In this document: positions 1 to 13,093 of the stretch, one piece after another | Position numbering within the stretch: the first letter of the stretch is position 1 | Layout: the number at the start of each line of letters is the position of its first letter | Assembly (NCBI GenBank): GCA_963693365.1 | Contig: CAVNZM010000002.1 | Span: forward strand, 15,161,615-15,225,614 | Reading direction: 5' to 3' | From: Amoebidium appalachense | Lineage: Eukaryota > Protista > Ichthyosporea | DNA: 64,000 nt | The notes under the pieces: generated by a model | Told to the model about the DNA's origin: nothing | Databases searched by the model: none | What the model saw: the letters and a program-made list of their open reading frames with translations, nothing else | Position numbers and translations under genes: made by a program

Positions 1-786
1 CTTTTCGTGATCCGTGCACCCTGTGAACATGTAGTGAGCAGAGTGTTTGGTTTTATACCCGCAGAGGGCTGATGCGTTTTGCAACCGAACAACCATTAAC
101 CGAACAACAGGTCTGGTGATTTCATTGGCTCTGACCAGATCCGGTCCTGACGTAAGTAAGTGCGGTAGCTGAAGTCGATTGGTTCCTTAACGTTGACATC
201 GAGATTCCGTTGAATCGTTCGTGTACATTTTATGCGCGCCCGGGTGGAGCACATGGAAAAGGTCTTTAGAAAGCTCTAATTCATCAGAAACTTTTGAATA
301 TGGTTGAAATAACAATTCCATATTATTGACTACTTTTTTTCTAGATGAAGCTGATAAACATGAGCTTCTGTCGACATCCCATCCAACCGACCGATGCAAA
401 CATATGATATGCAACCAATAGATGTAAAGATCGAGGTGTTCGGTTAATGGGTAAGATCTAGACATCACTTGCTTTTCATGATTTTGTTAATAAATTAGAC
501 CAGAAGCGCCATTTTTATTTTATAGAGTGAAGATTTACATTATATTCTTCCTCCGACAAAAAGAAAGTATCGGTTTATCTCTATTGGGAGCTGAGATATT
601 GCATATATCGAGTACAAAAACGGTCAATGGCTCAGATACCCAATTTAATATGGCAACAGAGCTCTAAGGGTCACACAGGGATTGGAGGTGTATGGTCCCA
701 ACACACACATGCACACATACAGACACAAACACACACAGACACACACACATGCACACTTGTACATGCATACGCACGCACACGGACAT

Positions 787-908
<122 letters not shown>

Positions 909-1006
909 CACCGAGGGCCTTCGGGTTCCAAGCATACATATGTGAATGGTTTAACATATTGTTAGTGATGTGAGATGTGATTGGTTGTTGATGGATCACG
1001 TGACAG

Positions 1007-2718
1007 GCTCCCAACGGCAATGAAGAAAACAGCCCTCGAGACAGCAACAAGGACCGTCCTTTCAGTAAAATCCCCCCTCACCCCCCTCCCCCCCCCCGAA
1101 AAAAAAAAAAGAAAGAAAAAAAGAAAAAAGATACGGCTGTTTGTACGAAAACAGGGATTATGATTGTACGTGCTGGTGTGTGTGACTCTGGATGTGTTGT
1201 AGCTGTGTAAAAACTTAATGCAGGAGTGTGTGATTTGCGCAGCCCAGCCACATGCAGGTGCACATGTCCCTGCGTGAAGGGGAGGGAGGGAGCTGAAGGG
1301 GCAAGGGGGCAACAACTAATAGCATACTTGGTGACGGTAGAGGTTTGGGGGGATAAAAAAAAAACACAAAAAAGAAGAAAGAGGAGGAGGAAGAAAAGAA
1401 AAAATAAGGACAGAAACGCACACACACACAACCTCACCATCTCAATTCTTATCGATCATCACGTAGCCTTCCCTCCGACTCTTGGTTTCTTATCTCTCTG
1501 ATTTCCAACCTCCCACCCACCCCTTGCCCTAAGGGGGTTTACTCTTTTATGGTTCTTGAAACTCCTTGCCATTGCTGTCACGCATACCCCCCCCCCCCCC
1601 CCCCCCCCTCCCCTGCTTCCTCCCCCCCCCCCCCTCCCCCCTCCCTCCCCCCCCCCCCTCAAAAAAATTCTCACTTCTCCCCCCTCCCCCCTCTACATTC
1701 TCCCCTCCGTCTCTCCCGGTCCCCCCCCCCCCCCCCCCCCCCCCCCCTACACACGCACCCGCGCGCTCTCACTCTCCGCCACGCAGCCCCAACACACCGC
1801 CATCACCCACTACACAAGTACTATAGCCCCCAACACCACATATCTCGCTGTGTCTTATTTCTTTTATCCCCTACAGGCCAAGCAGAAAGCACTGCCAAAC
1901 CCCGACGGCTTCATGTCTCGTTTCTACCGCGTGGCATACTATGTTAGCCCCGTCCTGGCCTTGGGCTTTCTGGTGCCTATACCCCCCCCTCCCCCCCCCC
2001 CCCCCTCTCCCGCTGCCCCTCTCCCCCCCCCCCCCCTTCCCCCTCCCCCCCTCCCCCGCCGCCGCCCACAACACACACACACAAACGCACGCACACACAC
2101 ATGCATGATGCACATACACACCACCCCACCTCTTTCCCCCCGGGGAGGTATGGAGGCATCCCTAGTTCGGAAGGTGGGCTCTGTTCAATCTGTCTTTGTT
2201 CGGTTTAATTTCAGGTTTTGTTTTTGGTATTCGTCGTTTCATTGTGATGTTGCTACTACACACATTACCCCGCCCTCCCCCCAATCTACTACCTACCCCT
2301 CCCCCCCCCCTCCCCCCCCCCCCCCCCCCTCCCCCTCTTCCCCCTCTCGTCTCTGGTTCGCCCACCCTTCTCACTGCTATCACTAAAACACTACAGCCAG
2401 AACGGGTGAACGAACATGAGCGAACTCATGTGCACGTGCAAGCCAACGCACTGAAAGGGGTGTATGGGTGGTGGGTGGTGGTGATGCGGTCTTTGTGTGT
2501 GTGTGGTGGGAAGAGGGAGAGGGGGGGGGGGGGGTTTAAACAGTTCGAATGTTTTATTCAAGTATCCATTTTGATTCTGATTTTTCATTTTTTTTTGCCC
2601 TGCAGGGCCCTCCGGACGAACTGCATGCCACATGCGACCAAATGAAAAGCCTGGTATCTTCCCCTCTCCCCAATCCCCCCCCCCTCCCCCCCCCCCCTCC
2701 CTCCCTCCCCAACACACA

Positions 2719-2805
<87 letters not shown>

Positions 2806-3137
2806 CCCACTCAACCTGCCTTTTTTCTCCCTGCCAAGACCGTCCCTTCTTATTCCGGCCCAGGTTTGCTATATCCCTCCCTGTTCCCCCAATTTGGATG
2901 ACGACATGTGGCATAGAGTGTATTGTAGTTGCATAGGAGCCGTAAGTTTTGTATATTTGCAAAGTTTCTGAGACTTGTGCGGAAGGAGGGAAGGAGTGGA
3001 GGCAGGGGGGAGGGGGGGGGGGGGAAGAAGGGGGAGAGGGGAGGGTTGCAAACTATTTTAGAGTGGCTGGTTGGGAGATTCAGAAGGAAGAGGGAAACTC
3101 AGTGTAGGTTTGAGTGGGTGGGTGGGCGGGTGGGTGT

Positions 3138-3168
<31 letters not shown>

Positions 3169-3412
3169 GGGGGGGGGGGGGGGTGTTACGCATATGCACT
3201 AACCATAAGCATCTCCCCCCTCCCCCCTCCCCCCTCCCCCCTCCCCCCTCCCCCCTCCCCCCCCTCCCCCCCCTCCCTCCCCGGTGAGGCCCCTCCCTCG
3301 GCTCCCTCTCCCCTTCCTTGTCTCGCCCTCCCTCGCCCTTCCCCCCCCCACCGCCTCTACCATCACCACCATACACACACACGCACCGACGCAAATCAAA
3401 CACGGCCTTCAT

Positions 3413-3462
<50 letters not shown>

Positions 3463-3587
3463 TTGTCCGGTACATGACAGAAATCTTCGACACGGCGGGA
3501 GGGCGCTACTCCAGCTGTGCACGGCTCGAAAAAGACCTCTTTCAATTAGCCAAAAAATATATGGAGGAGGCTGAGCGCACTCTTTGA
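1007..3587 (+). CDS. MIGA: Mitoguardin (MIGA/FAM73)-like protein, last four exons; 5' part not found in window
   Basis: Exons 1007-1064, 1877-1972, 2606-2653, 3462-3587 with GT..AG introns and matching phases give LPTAMKKTALETATRTVLS-AKQKALPNPDGFMSRFYRVAYYVSPVLALGFL-GPPDELHATCDQMKSL-IVRYMTEIFDTAGGRYSSCARLEKDLFQLAKKYMEEAERTL*. This parallels the animal MIGA C-terminus as I recall it (KETALATACWSVLKAK..PDGFISHFY..VSPVLAFGFLGP..IVQYLRDMFD..RY). Confidence 0.85.
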
Positions 3588-4345
3588 TTGGTGGGTTCGG
3601 TCTACTTGCCATATGTTGGTCCATACCTTCCATATTTGGATTTATACCTTCCATTAGAGACATTTTGTTCCCGTGTCATGTCAACCGCGGTACCCTCTTA
3701 TCAATGACACGTTCACACATGTTATGTTGGGAAACAGGAGAGTTAGCCCTTTTAGATATCGGAATGTATGAATTCGCGCAACATACACATGTATGCACAC
3801 AGACTCATACACAGTGCTAACTTGTTATTTTGTCTTGTCGGAAGTAAGAATTCGAAGTGATAATGACATTGTCAACTTGCTTGAACTTGAAATTGCAATG
3901 GGATCTCCCGCCAGTGACGGTGAGATATACTTAAAGTGGATATGCGAGCTCAACCATCTCCTATTCACTTGTTGAATGTTTGGGCACCTTCCATTTATAT
4001 CAGAAAATGGCGCAGCTATTATTTATCCCATAGCGCCATGAAAATTCATGCAGTGTCTGAGAGTACAGTAGATTGTATAATCTTGTTAATGATGTTTTTG
4101 GTTGCCATTATGTATCCACAAAAAATTCTGCCTTTATGAAATTTTGATGTGCTGGTCGAAGCTGTACTGTCATGTGTTGAGATTGAAGATTGGTATATCC
4201 ATAAACACAGTTATTTCGATAATCCTTTGTGAGGTGGCAGGCCCACAACAAACGCCAAAACAAATCGTCGGATCCTCCCCCCCCTCCCCCCCCCCCCCCC
4301 CCCCCCCCCCTTCCCCCCCGTCCTCCTCAGAACAAAAAAAAAAAA

Positions 4346-4381
<36 letters not shown>

Positions 4382-5182
4382 GAACATCAACGCGCATGCG
4401 CACATGTGCACCGATCGCGACACACCCACACAGACAGATGCACGGACGCACGCACACAAAATACACACACCACACCGACCTAATTGTGAATTCTCCCCCC
4501 GCCCCACCCCCCCTTCCTCACCAAAAAATGATCTTCATAAGTTAGCTGCACCTACTCACTACCACGGCCACCAAATTGTCACCAGTCTGATGGTAATGTC
4601 CCCTCCTCCCCCCCCTCCCCTCCCACCACCACCACCACCATCATCCACCCAAACCCCACACATGCACACACACACACACACGTCACACACACACACACAC
4701 ACGCACATACACATACACACACACACACACACCAACCCTCGAATTACCCACACACCGTTCCCCAACACGGGCCTACTCCATCCCCCCACACCGCACAAAT
4801 ATACTCACACCCACCATGATGATACATACGCAAACACTTTGACTCACTGACTCGGAGGGAAGAATGCCCGTTCTTTCCAGCTAATGGATGAGTCTACATC
4901 CCACGTATCATATATACGACAAACCAATGCAAGCATATAATCATACGTACCGTAGTCTGCACCTTCCAATTTACTAATTGGCTGGCCGTGACAAAAAACA
5001 ACAAAATGTACCGTTACTGGTGCGAGTTCTTAGACTGAAACAGAACGAAGGAGCCAAAATGTGATAAACGGGCACATACGTAACCCCACAGAGATATTAC
5101 TATTTCAGAATCAGATTCTGCTTGTGAAAACGAACTGTGCTATTAAACTTCGCTACGGCCCGGGTCACAGTGGTGCACACCT

Positions 5183-5702
5183 TCACTCGAAATCTGCAGT
5201 TTTGCTGATCGATAGACTGTTGCAGTAGTAATCCTTGCCGCAGCACTCAATCAGCCTGTGTTCACAATACAGTATGCGTCCGCGCATAACATACCGCCCC
5301 GACAAGGGTCGAGGTCGTTATGTTAAATTTTAATTAGTATCTAAAAATAGGCTCCCAGAGCCCGTCTCGATTATGTTACCCCCCCCCCCCCCCCCCCCCC
5401 CTCCCCCCCTCCCCCCGCCCGCCCGCCCCGCCCGCCCGCCCAGGAGGCCACACTGGGCCTCTCCATCGGGCGGGGAATCCGCAAACCGCTAAATGACATA
5501 AATATAGTAGTAAACAAATAATAAATTGATCAAATGAATGAATAAACAAAGAATACTTATACTAGTTCCTTTTTGAGATGGTGAAAAAAAAAAAAAAAGG
5601 GAAATTCGGAAAAAAAAAAAAAAAAACTTTGGAAAAAAAAAAAAAAAAAAAAGAAGCTGAAAGCGTGAAAGCCTATGTGTGTGTGTGTGTGCCGTGTGTG
5701 TG

Positions 5703-5783
<81 letters not shown>

Positions 5784-5966
5784 AAATCTAAATCAATACT
5801 TGAAAGTCTAGCATTTAGTACATCAAGTCCCCCCCCCCCCCCCCCCCCCCCCCTCCCCTCCTCCCCAACCCGCTAAATAAGTAAATATAGAGGAAATCAA
5901 TAAGTAATTGATTCAAATAATAATAAAAACATACTAATTTTTTTCAAGGGGACCAAACCAAAAAAG

Positions 5967-6002
<36 letters not shown>

Positions 6003-7328
6003 CAACTCATACAAACAAGGACGTACTAGTCTTTCTGCTCCCTCACACCTTACTCTCACACCACGAATTTGGCACCACACACCTACACGAGTAAGAGGCA
6101 ACCCCTCCCCCTTCGCCTCATACAAATCCGTATTCAGGGTTTCATCAAGCTCCAAACCATTACCGTAACTCACACGGAAAAGACTCAGCGACTCCGCGCG
6201 TGTGGGGGCTCTGCGGCTCTCTAAACTCTCCATGTGCGAGCGCAATTGTGCTTTTGCCGTTTCGGCTTGTGCAATTGCACGTGTGGTTGCGTTGTTGATT
6301 GTGTTGTTTGCGTTTACAAAACCCTCAGAAATGATTGCTTGGGCTTCTTGGGTAGTTTCCTGAAACTTGTCTGTGGCCTCATTTACTGTGTGCAGTGCAC
6401 TATTCAACGCCCCAAGTGCAGCTGCCTGCACCTGGACTACTGGCTTGGTCATGATCGGTGGGTTTAATATGCATTCAACCTGCCTATATGACTAGGATGT
6501 AAAAACTAGCTATACAAGACTGCTTCGAACTAGTTGGGGCCTTCGTATGTTTCTGCTCGTTTATCGACATAGTCGGCCACATGAGTCCTTTGCATACCAT
6601 GCGATGTGCGGCCGCCGCCTATCATTGGCCCTGCCGAGCTTTGGGCGGTCGTTGAAATCACGGCGAACCACTGTTTTGTCTGGGAAAGAGATCGAAATAC
6701 TAAAGATAGGGGGTCTAAACTGACCAGATAAACCCGATAATTCGTCCTACTATGTATAGGACCCCTTGGTGCGCTAACATAATCCCGAAAAATGACGAGG
6801 TCAGTATGTTAAGATTTTTGAAAATCGGCGTCGACGTTATGTTGTGCGCGGAGTATGCTACGCGCGGACGCATACTGTACAGGAAGAAGGGTGGAAGATT
6901 TGTTGTGTGTTTGAGGCGAAGGGAGGGAGGGAGGGAGGGAGGGAGGGAGAGGGGGGGGGGGGGGGGGAGGCAAAAAGAGCCAGGAGAGCGGGGAAGGCCA
7001 GGAGAGAGGTTAGGGGGAGGGGGAGGGGAGAAGGGGGGGGAGGGGGGGGGGATAGGGAGCCTCGTGAGAGATGCACACAGGGAGAACTTCATAAGAAGAA
7101 GACACAGCGGACACAAGAGGGTACATGCCAATGCCTTGGTTATGAATAATGCAAATGGCCGTGCAAGGGCAGGGATCAGCAGTAGACTCAAACAGGACAG
7201 GAGAGCAAGCCTTAGGCAAGGCCTAGATGGAGGAGGCGGGGAGGACCCGGGGGGGGGGGGGGGGGGGGGGGGGGGATGGAATATGGTGATGTTTCTTTCT
7301 TTTCTTTTTTCCTTTTTTTAAAGAGTTT

Positions 7329-7381
<53 letters not shown>

Positions 7382-7553
7382 GGATGAGGGGGAAGGGAAA
7401 TAGAAAAGTGGTGCTTTCTGGGGGAGGGGGGGGGGGCGGGGGGAGGATGAGGGGGAAGGGAAATAGAAAAGTGGTGGTGTGCACGTTTCTTTTCTTTTTC
7501 TTTTTTCTATTTTCTATTTTCTTTTCTTTCTTTCTTTCTTTCCTTTTTTTTTT

Positions 7554-7584
<31 letters not shown>

Positions 7585-8875
7585 GGGGGGGAGGGGGGGG
7601 AGGGGGGGATCAGAGGGAGGAGAACAAGGGGTCACCGTTGGGGGGGGGGGGGGAAATTGCACGTCCACAAGTTCAAACTGCTCCAAAATGTGCGGTAGGA
7701 TCTCAAGAAGTGGTCCGATTACTTTTGCGGCTGTGTCGTATTGGACTAGGTTGTCGATTAGAGTAAGGGCTAGGCGGAACTGTGAAGTGTGAACTTGGAT
7801 TGCGTATGTGTTGGCGTAGAGGGTGTGAGGGCATTTGTAGGGCGGTTCATGCGGGTCGAGGGTGTGGAAGAGGGTCATGTTGGCGTAGCGGGCACCCGTG
7901 TTCGTTGCCCGGCACGTGGGACAGGACGCTGGGCCGGCCTGAGGATTGTACAAGTGCATTCTTTAGTGTTGTTCGAGTGCGCTTGAGTCAGACGTGTTGT
8001 TTTCTGAACACTACGTTTGGAACAAACTCCGTCACAACAAGTGCCCCCCTCAACCCACCCCCTCCCCCCCACCCCACCCCACCCCTTCACCCACCCCCCT
8101 CCCTATCCCCCCCCCCCCCCCCCCCCCCCCCCTCCCTCCCCCTAAACCCCCCTCCTCCCGGCCCCCTTCTTCCCCCCCCCTCGCCTCTCTCTCCAACACG
8201 GAAACACACAAAGTTAGACAGACACATGTACACAGACAAATACATACACGATTGCCATCTTATTTTTAGTCGATATAGGCTACCCCTAGGCCAAAGATCT
8301 CATGGACAGGACCCTTTTTCAGTCCAGGCAGGGTCACCCGATGACTAATGGGAAAAGGGAGGTTCATAGGGGCACCATGGGGGGGGGAGGGGGAGGGGGT
8401 GGGGTGGGGTGGGGGGGGGGACCAGCGTGTGCACCGCGGGGGAGCAGGGGGGAAGGGGGGAGGGGACCGCCAGAGGGGAAGGAGGGAAGGGGGAGAGGGG
8501 GGGGGAGGTGATTACAAAGGGGAAAGGGGGGGGGGGGGGGGGGGGGGGGGATGGGATATATATGCATACTATCTTCCTACGACTGTCCATAGCCTCTTTC
8601 TGCATGAGGGTGAAGTCTGCAACCAAGCGACGTGTCAGCTGCTCCACCGATCTCCCAAAGATGGGGTCGCAAAGAAGGGTGCAGAGGACGTCCACATTCT
8701 GGTCCGTTAGCCGGCTTGATTCCATTTTCTTGTTTAGGGCATCTAAACGACTTCCAAGTTGGGAAACATCGTGGAATACAGGCGCGCTTACCTCGGCGGT
8801 GGCTGTGCTTGGATCAATGCTTGTCAGCGTTTCGATATCCTCCAACAGTTGCTTGGCACCTGTTAAGGAACTCAT
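5183..8875 (-). CDS. Family paralog A (zinc-ribbon/helical protein, no intact MYND seen); 3' structure uncertain, possibly disrupted
   Basis: Exon 8875-8570 (MSSLTGAKQLL..MDSRRKI|GT) splices in phase 0 to an exon starting at 7938 (AGPASCPTCRATN..PPYKCPHTLY..QFRLAL), ending near 7663. Candidate later exons at ~7223-7065 and 5255-5183 (LIECCGKDYYC..FE*) are tentative. Confidence 0.6.
5270..6877. mobile_element. Non-autonomous TIR DNA transposon, Tc1/mariner-pogo-like ends, ~1.6 kb
   Basis: Left end CAGTATGCGTCCGCGCATAACATAC (5270-5294) matches the reverse complement of the right end, CAGTATGCGTCCGCGCGTAGCATAC (6853-6877), at 23/25. TA lies immediately outside both ends (5268-5269, 6878-6879). 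Subterminal motifs recur near both ends (GAGGTC..TATGTTAA at ~5311 and ~6797). Confidence 0.8.
5934..6452 (-). CDS. Hypothetical coiled-coil protein inside the TIR element; probably spliced to an exon starting at 5488
   Basis: About 140 codons of non-repetitive A/Q/E/T-rich, heptad-like sequence (MTKPVVQVQAAALGALNSALHTVNEATDKFQETTQEAQAII..). Candidate donor GTACGT at 6026 and acceptor TTTAG at 5489. No DDE or HTH transposase motif seen. Confidence 0.6.
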
Positions 8876-10950
8876 TAGATGTTTGTTTGATAATGCAAAG
8901 TAGGTTTGCCATCTGTTACAAGACTAAATCTATGATATCCAACAAAGGAAAACTGAAGTAAGAAGGCATGAGTAACTAAATGCCTCCGAAAATATGTTAC
9001 ACCTGATTAGCTCAGCAACCCAAAGATCCGCTCACGCTGGGTGGGAGTTTCGTGTTTCTAATGATCACATGACCAGCTTTAGAGTACCCAAACGATAAGG
9101 CAAGCGGAAAAATCATGTGCATGGAGGACATAACTTGCCTTACAGCTTCTACAGAAGCTATTGTGCAAGCACAGCTTGTACCATCGAAACACCACTACAT
9201 AACTCGCAGCACCCAAGGTCTGAACGTCACTAGGTAAAGCACACATGGATTTAAATGCCAAGCATCATGATTCGGCTCCCTTTGCAATTAGCAGCAACAC
9301 CAGATCCACACACAGCCATCCACACCCACAGCAGAAACTTATTATTATTAAAATAAGAGCTCACAAACAAAAAACTCCGGAGACTTACAGAATTTCGCTT
9401 GTCGTTCACGGTGCTCAGGTGCACGAGATTTTGGTGACTGCCGGCTAGGTTTGTAGACAAAACAGCGGTTTTCTTCGTTGGGTTCAGCCATTGTGCAGTT
9501 ATAAAAAGCATTTTGCCCAAGCCACGCTGCTTTTATAATTACTATTCTGGGTGGAACGACTGAGGCGCTATTTTTCAATACTCAGAAAGCCAACTAAACA
9601 AAGCGTTTACTGATGTCCACAAAAGACATGATCATGACAAGCTGCAGGCTACTCTTGCCGGACCCGATGTGCTGACTCAATCAAAACGCAGCACAATATA
9701 AACTGAAAACTGTTTGGAAAAACTCCGCTAACTTGGTTACTCCCTTCTGCATGTTCATGTCGGCTTCACCAGCTACATATACAACAGGGAAAAAAGCTCC
9801 TACAAATAACAGGGAAGCCCCTGATGTTCTCAGTTGTTTGCACGCTTACTGCAGCTGATTCGAACTGAACAGCGGTTTGATCCGTAACAGGTACCCTCGA
9901 AAACAGCGCATTAACTAATAAAGTAGAGGGGAAGAAAAGAAAATAATGAAGGGAAAAAAAGAGTCTACCAGAAAAGGTTGAAGGTTTGGATGTCAGAAGA
10001 GAAAACGGGAATCGTTCTGGGGCCCTCAAGACATAAGGTTTTGCCCGCTTCTGCAATTTTCCAATGGAGCGTCTTATGATTGGATCAATAGAGCTTATCT
10101 TAGCGCCATCAGCTAAGCTGCTTTCTGCGATACACATAATTATTCGGTAAAAAGATTCGTAATTTAAAACATTTTTTTTACCCATTTAGCAATTTAACAA
10201 GCCCCCCGTAAGGTGTCTTCTATCTGAAAATAAACCCCAACATTGCACCAAATTTCATATTTCAAGTTGTGAAGTCTACTCTTGTTGCGAATCCCACCTT
10301 CCTAATTTGGAACACAGGTAGAGGCGTGCGAATAGCTACATATCTCGTGGTCGTCTTCACATGAGAACGAAATGAAAAAAACCGAGTTCAAGTTGTCGTG
10401 TACTTCCCTCTGTTACTCGAACTTCACGACGGAGAGTAAGGGAGAGTTTGAAAAAAAAAAATATGTTAGAAAGTAGATGATTAACTATTGAAAAGGAAAA
10501 CGACGAAACCCCTCAGACTGTGCTTATGATCTTTTGATCTCTTTCACATGTTAAATTTTTTTACCTTTTCCCACTCAAGTTCAACGAATTATAGAGATCT
10601 AGGTCCGAGAGCCGGTTAGCTAGTTGAGCCTACAGAGCCTTGCTAAGCAGCACATCTCTCGGTTTGCGCGCTTGGTCTCTTCCCACGTGCATATTTCGAC
10701 ACTTTTGGGAGCGTTACCCCTACTGGTTGATTCGCCCGTTTTCGTTTATTCCCCGAGAGCTTCACAACCACACATACTTCTCAGGGTTTCATTACAAGCT
10801 GTTATGGACTGCTTCCTCCAGTCTCTCTTCCTTTTCCTTTGCCTTTACTTCTATTTTCAAACATTTGTTCGTGCCGCCCGGTTATTTTTCGAGCCTGAAA
10901 CTCAAGTAGACGAAAGAGGCTTTCAGGAAGAAGAAAACGTCGAAAGCACC

Positions 10951-10970
10951 ATGTCAGAACAACGTAAGCT

Positions 10971-11006
<36 letters not shown>

Positions 11007-12335
11007 TTAAACACACACCCACTCACTCACCCAACCCAACTACCCGTCCATCGAACCCGCACACACATACGCTCCAAAACTCTTTATACGCACTACACTC
11101 TGTAACACACCAACCACCACGGTGATCATGACCGTGCACCACCACCGCCATTGTTCATCACCACCACAACCTCCCTCCCCTCCCTCCCCCCCTTCCCCCC
11201 CCCCCCCCCCCCCCCCTCCCTATCTTTACAAGGGCAAAAAACCCCTTCCTTGAAAAAGAAAGAAGAAAGAAAAATGTGTACACTTGTGTTCACAAAGTAC
11301 TTTAAAAAACACCCTACATAGTTTGCCACCGGAGGCTCCCCTTCCTCCGGTCCTCAGACTGGCAGTATACGAGTACTCTCGGTGTCACTTATTTGTCTCT
11401 TTGGTCTTGTGCATCCCTACAAGACAATGTCATCATTGTGCAGCTGGTGCATTAAAAGAATGAAGCTGGTCCCTCTCCCCTCCAACACCCCCCCCCCCCC
11501 CCCCCTCCCCTCTCCCCCCCTCTCGCTCTCCATCTCTCCACCTCTTGACCCGCCACCCCCTGGGCCCCCCACACCCCCCACCCCCGGCCCACCTTTTATT
11601 TAAACTCCCCCCCCCCCCCCTCCCCCTCCTCCCCCGCGCCCCGCCCCGCCCGCTTTCTTTCCACATGACCACACCCCTAACAGTTGCATACCTCTACACA
11701 TTTCTCAGAGCGCGAAGAGATCACCGCATCCGCCTGTGTTATCAACGTTGCCCTTGGTATTCTCTGCAGCGCAGACATGTCCAGGTCCTCCCCCACAGCC
11801 GCGGACGCTGCACGAGCAAACCTCTCTGCGAAACATGCATGCCAGGCACTGTGCAAGTGTTCCAGCTATAACAGGTTGCTCCAACAGGAGCTCCTTTGCA
11901 TTCTACTTAACGGTAACAGCAAGGAATACTCCTTTCAGACATGGTGTGCCAGCATCTGTATCGATCTGAAGCAAGATCTGGACGATTTGGTCGTGGAGGT
12001 TGCACGAAGGAGAAAAGAGGTACAGTACTGGTGTCAAGACCCCCCCCCCCCCCCCCCCCCCCCCCCTTCTCAGAGGCTTCGAAGCGACGAATATGCTTGC
12101 CCCTTCCCCCCCCCCCCCCCCCCCTCCACCGCACACCACCAGCTCTCACAGCACCTCCCCAAAGCAGCGACGTATGTGACTTGTTTCAATGCTGTAGCCC
12201 TTGTTTCCAGTTGAAAATTACTCTCCCTCCTCCCCCTTCCCCCCTCCCCCAACATGTACAGACATTATCCATTTGGTATAGCATGCGTAGGTGACCGAAA
12301 GCCCTTTTCAATCACCTCTCCCTCCTTATATATAT

Positions 12336-12426
<91 letters not shown>

Positions 12427-12671
12427 CGCTCACTCCTCCCAAACCCCCTCCTCCCCTCCCCTCTCTCCCCATCGTACCCTTTCCCTTCTTTCCCACTGCC
12501 TGCTATTAAAGGCAAATACCCTTTTAAAGTTTTTTCGTCACTGGGACATTTACTTGCTCAACGGTTATCTGCATTGCCCATGCATGCTGCAGTGTATTTG
12601 CCCTTCGGCCCATCTAGATGTGTAAACCTCTTCCCCCCCCCCCCCCCCCCCCGCCCCCCCCTCCCCCCTCC

Positions 12672-12702
<31 letters not shown>

Positions 12703-12888
12703 AGAAAAAAAAAACAAAAAAAAAACAGTAACAACCAAAACAACAAAAAATGTTTTGTTTACATGGTAAGAGAATTGGACCATCTACTTGGGCTTTCTTT
12801 CAACGAAAGTTTTGAGTCAGACCGTGCAGTAGTGCATTGCAGTAACAGTTAGGGTCACAATCATCTCCCTTTGCCCCTCTCTCCCCCC

Positions 12889-12925
<37 letters not shown>

Positions 12926-13058
12926 CCCTCCCCCCCCCCCCCCCCCTCGTCCCTCTCGGCGCGGCCCCCTCCCGCCATTACAGCATAGATCGATGATGCA
13001 CACACGCCTTACACACGGGACGCACATACACACACACACACGCACATACACACGCTGG

Positions 13059-13093
<35 letters not shown>

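Noticed and set aside
5183-5255. LIECCGKDYYC as a MYND finger for paralog A
   Set aside because: It lacks the preceding CxxC and the CQxxHW..H..C half, and fits the helical-body segment of B (IIANYG) and D (VIREVG) about as well.
9766-10185. 139-aa minus-strand ORF between paralogs A and B
   Set aside because: No recognisable motif, paralog or splice support; probably intergenic.
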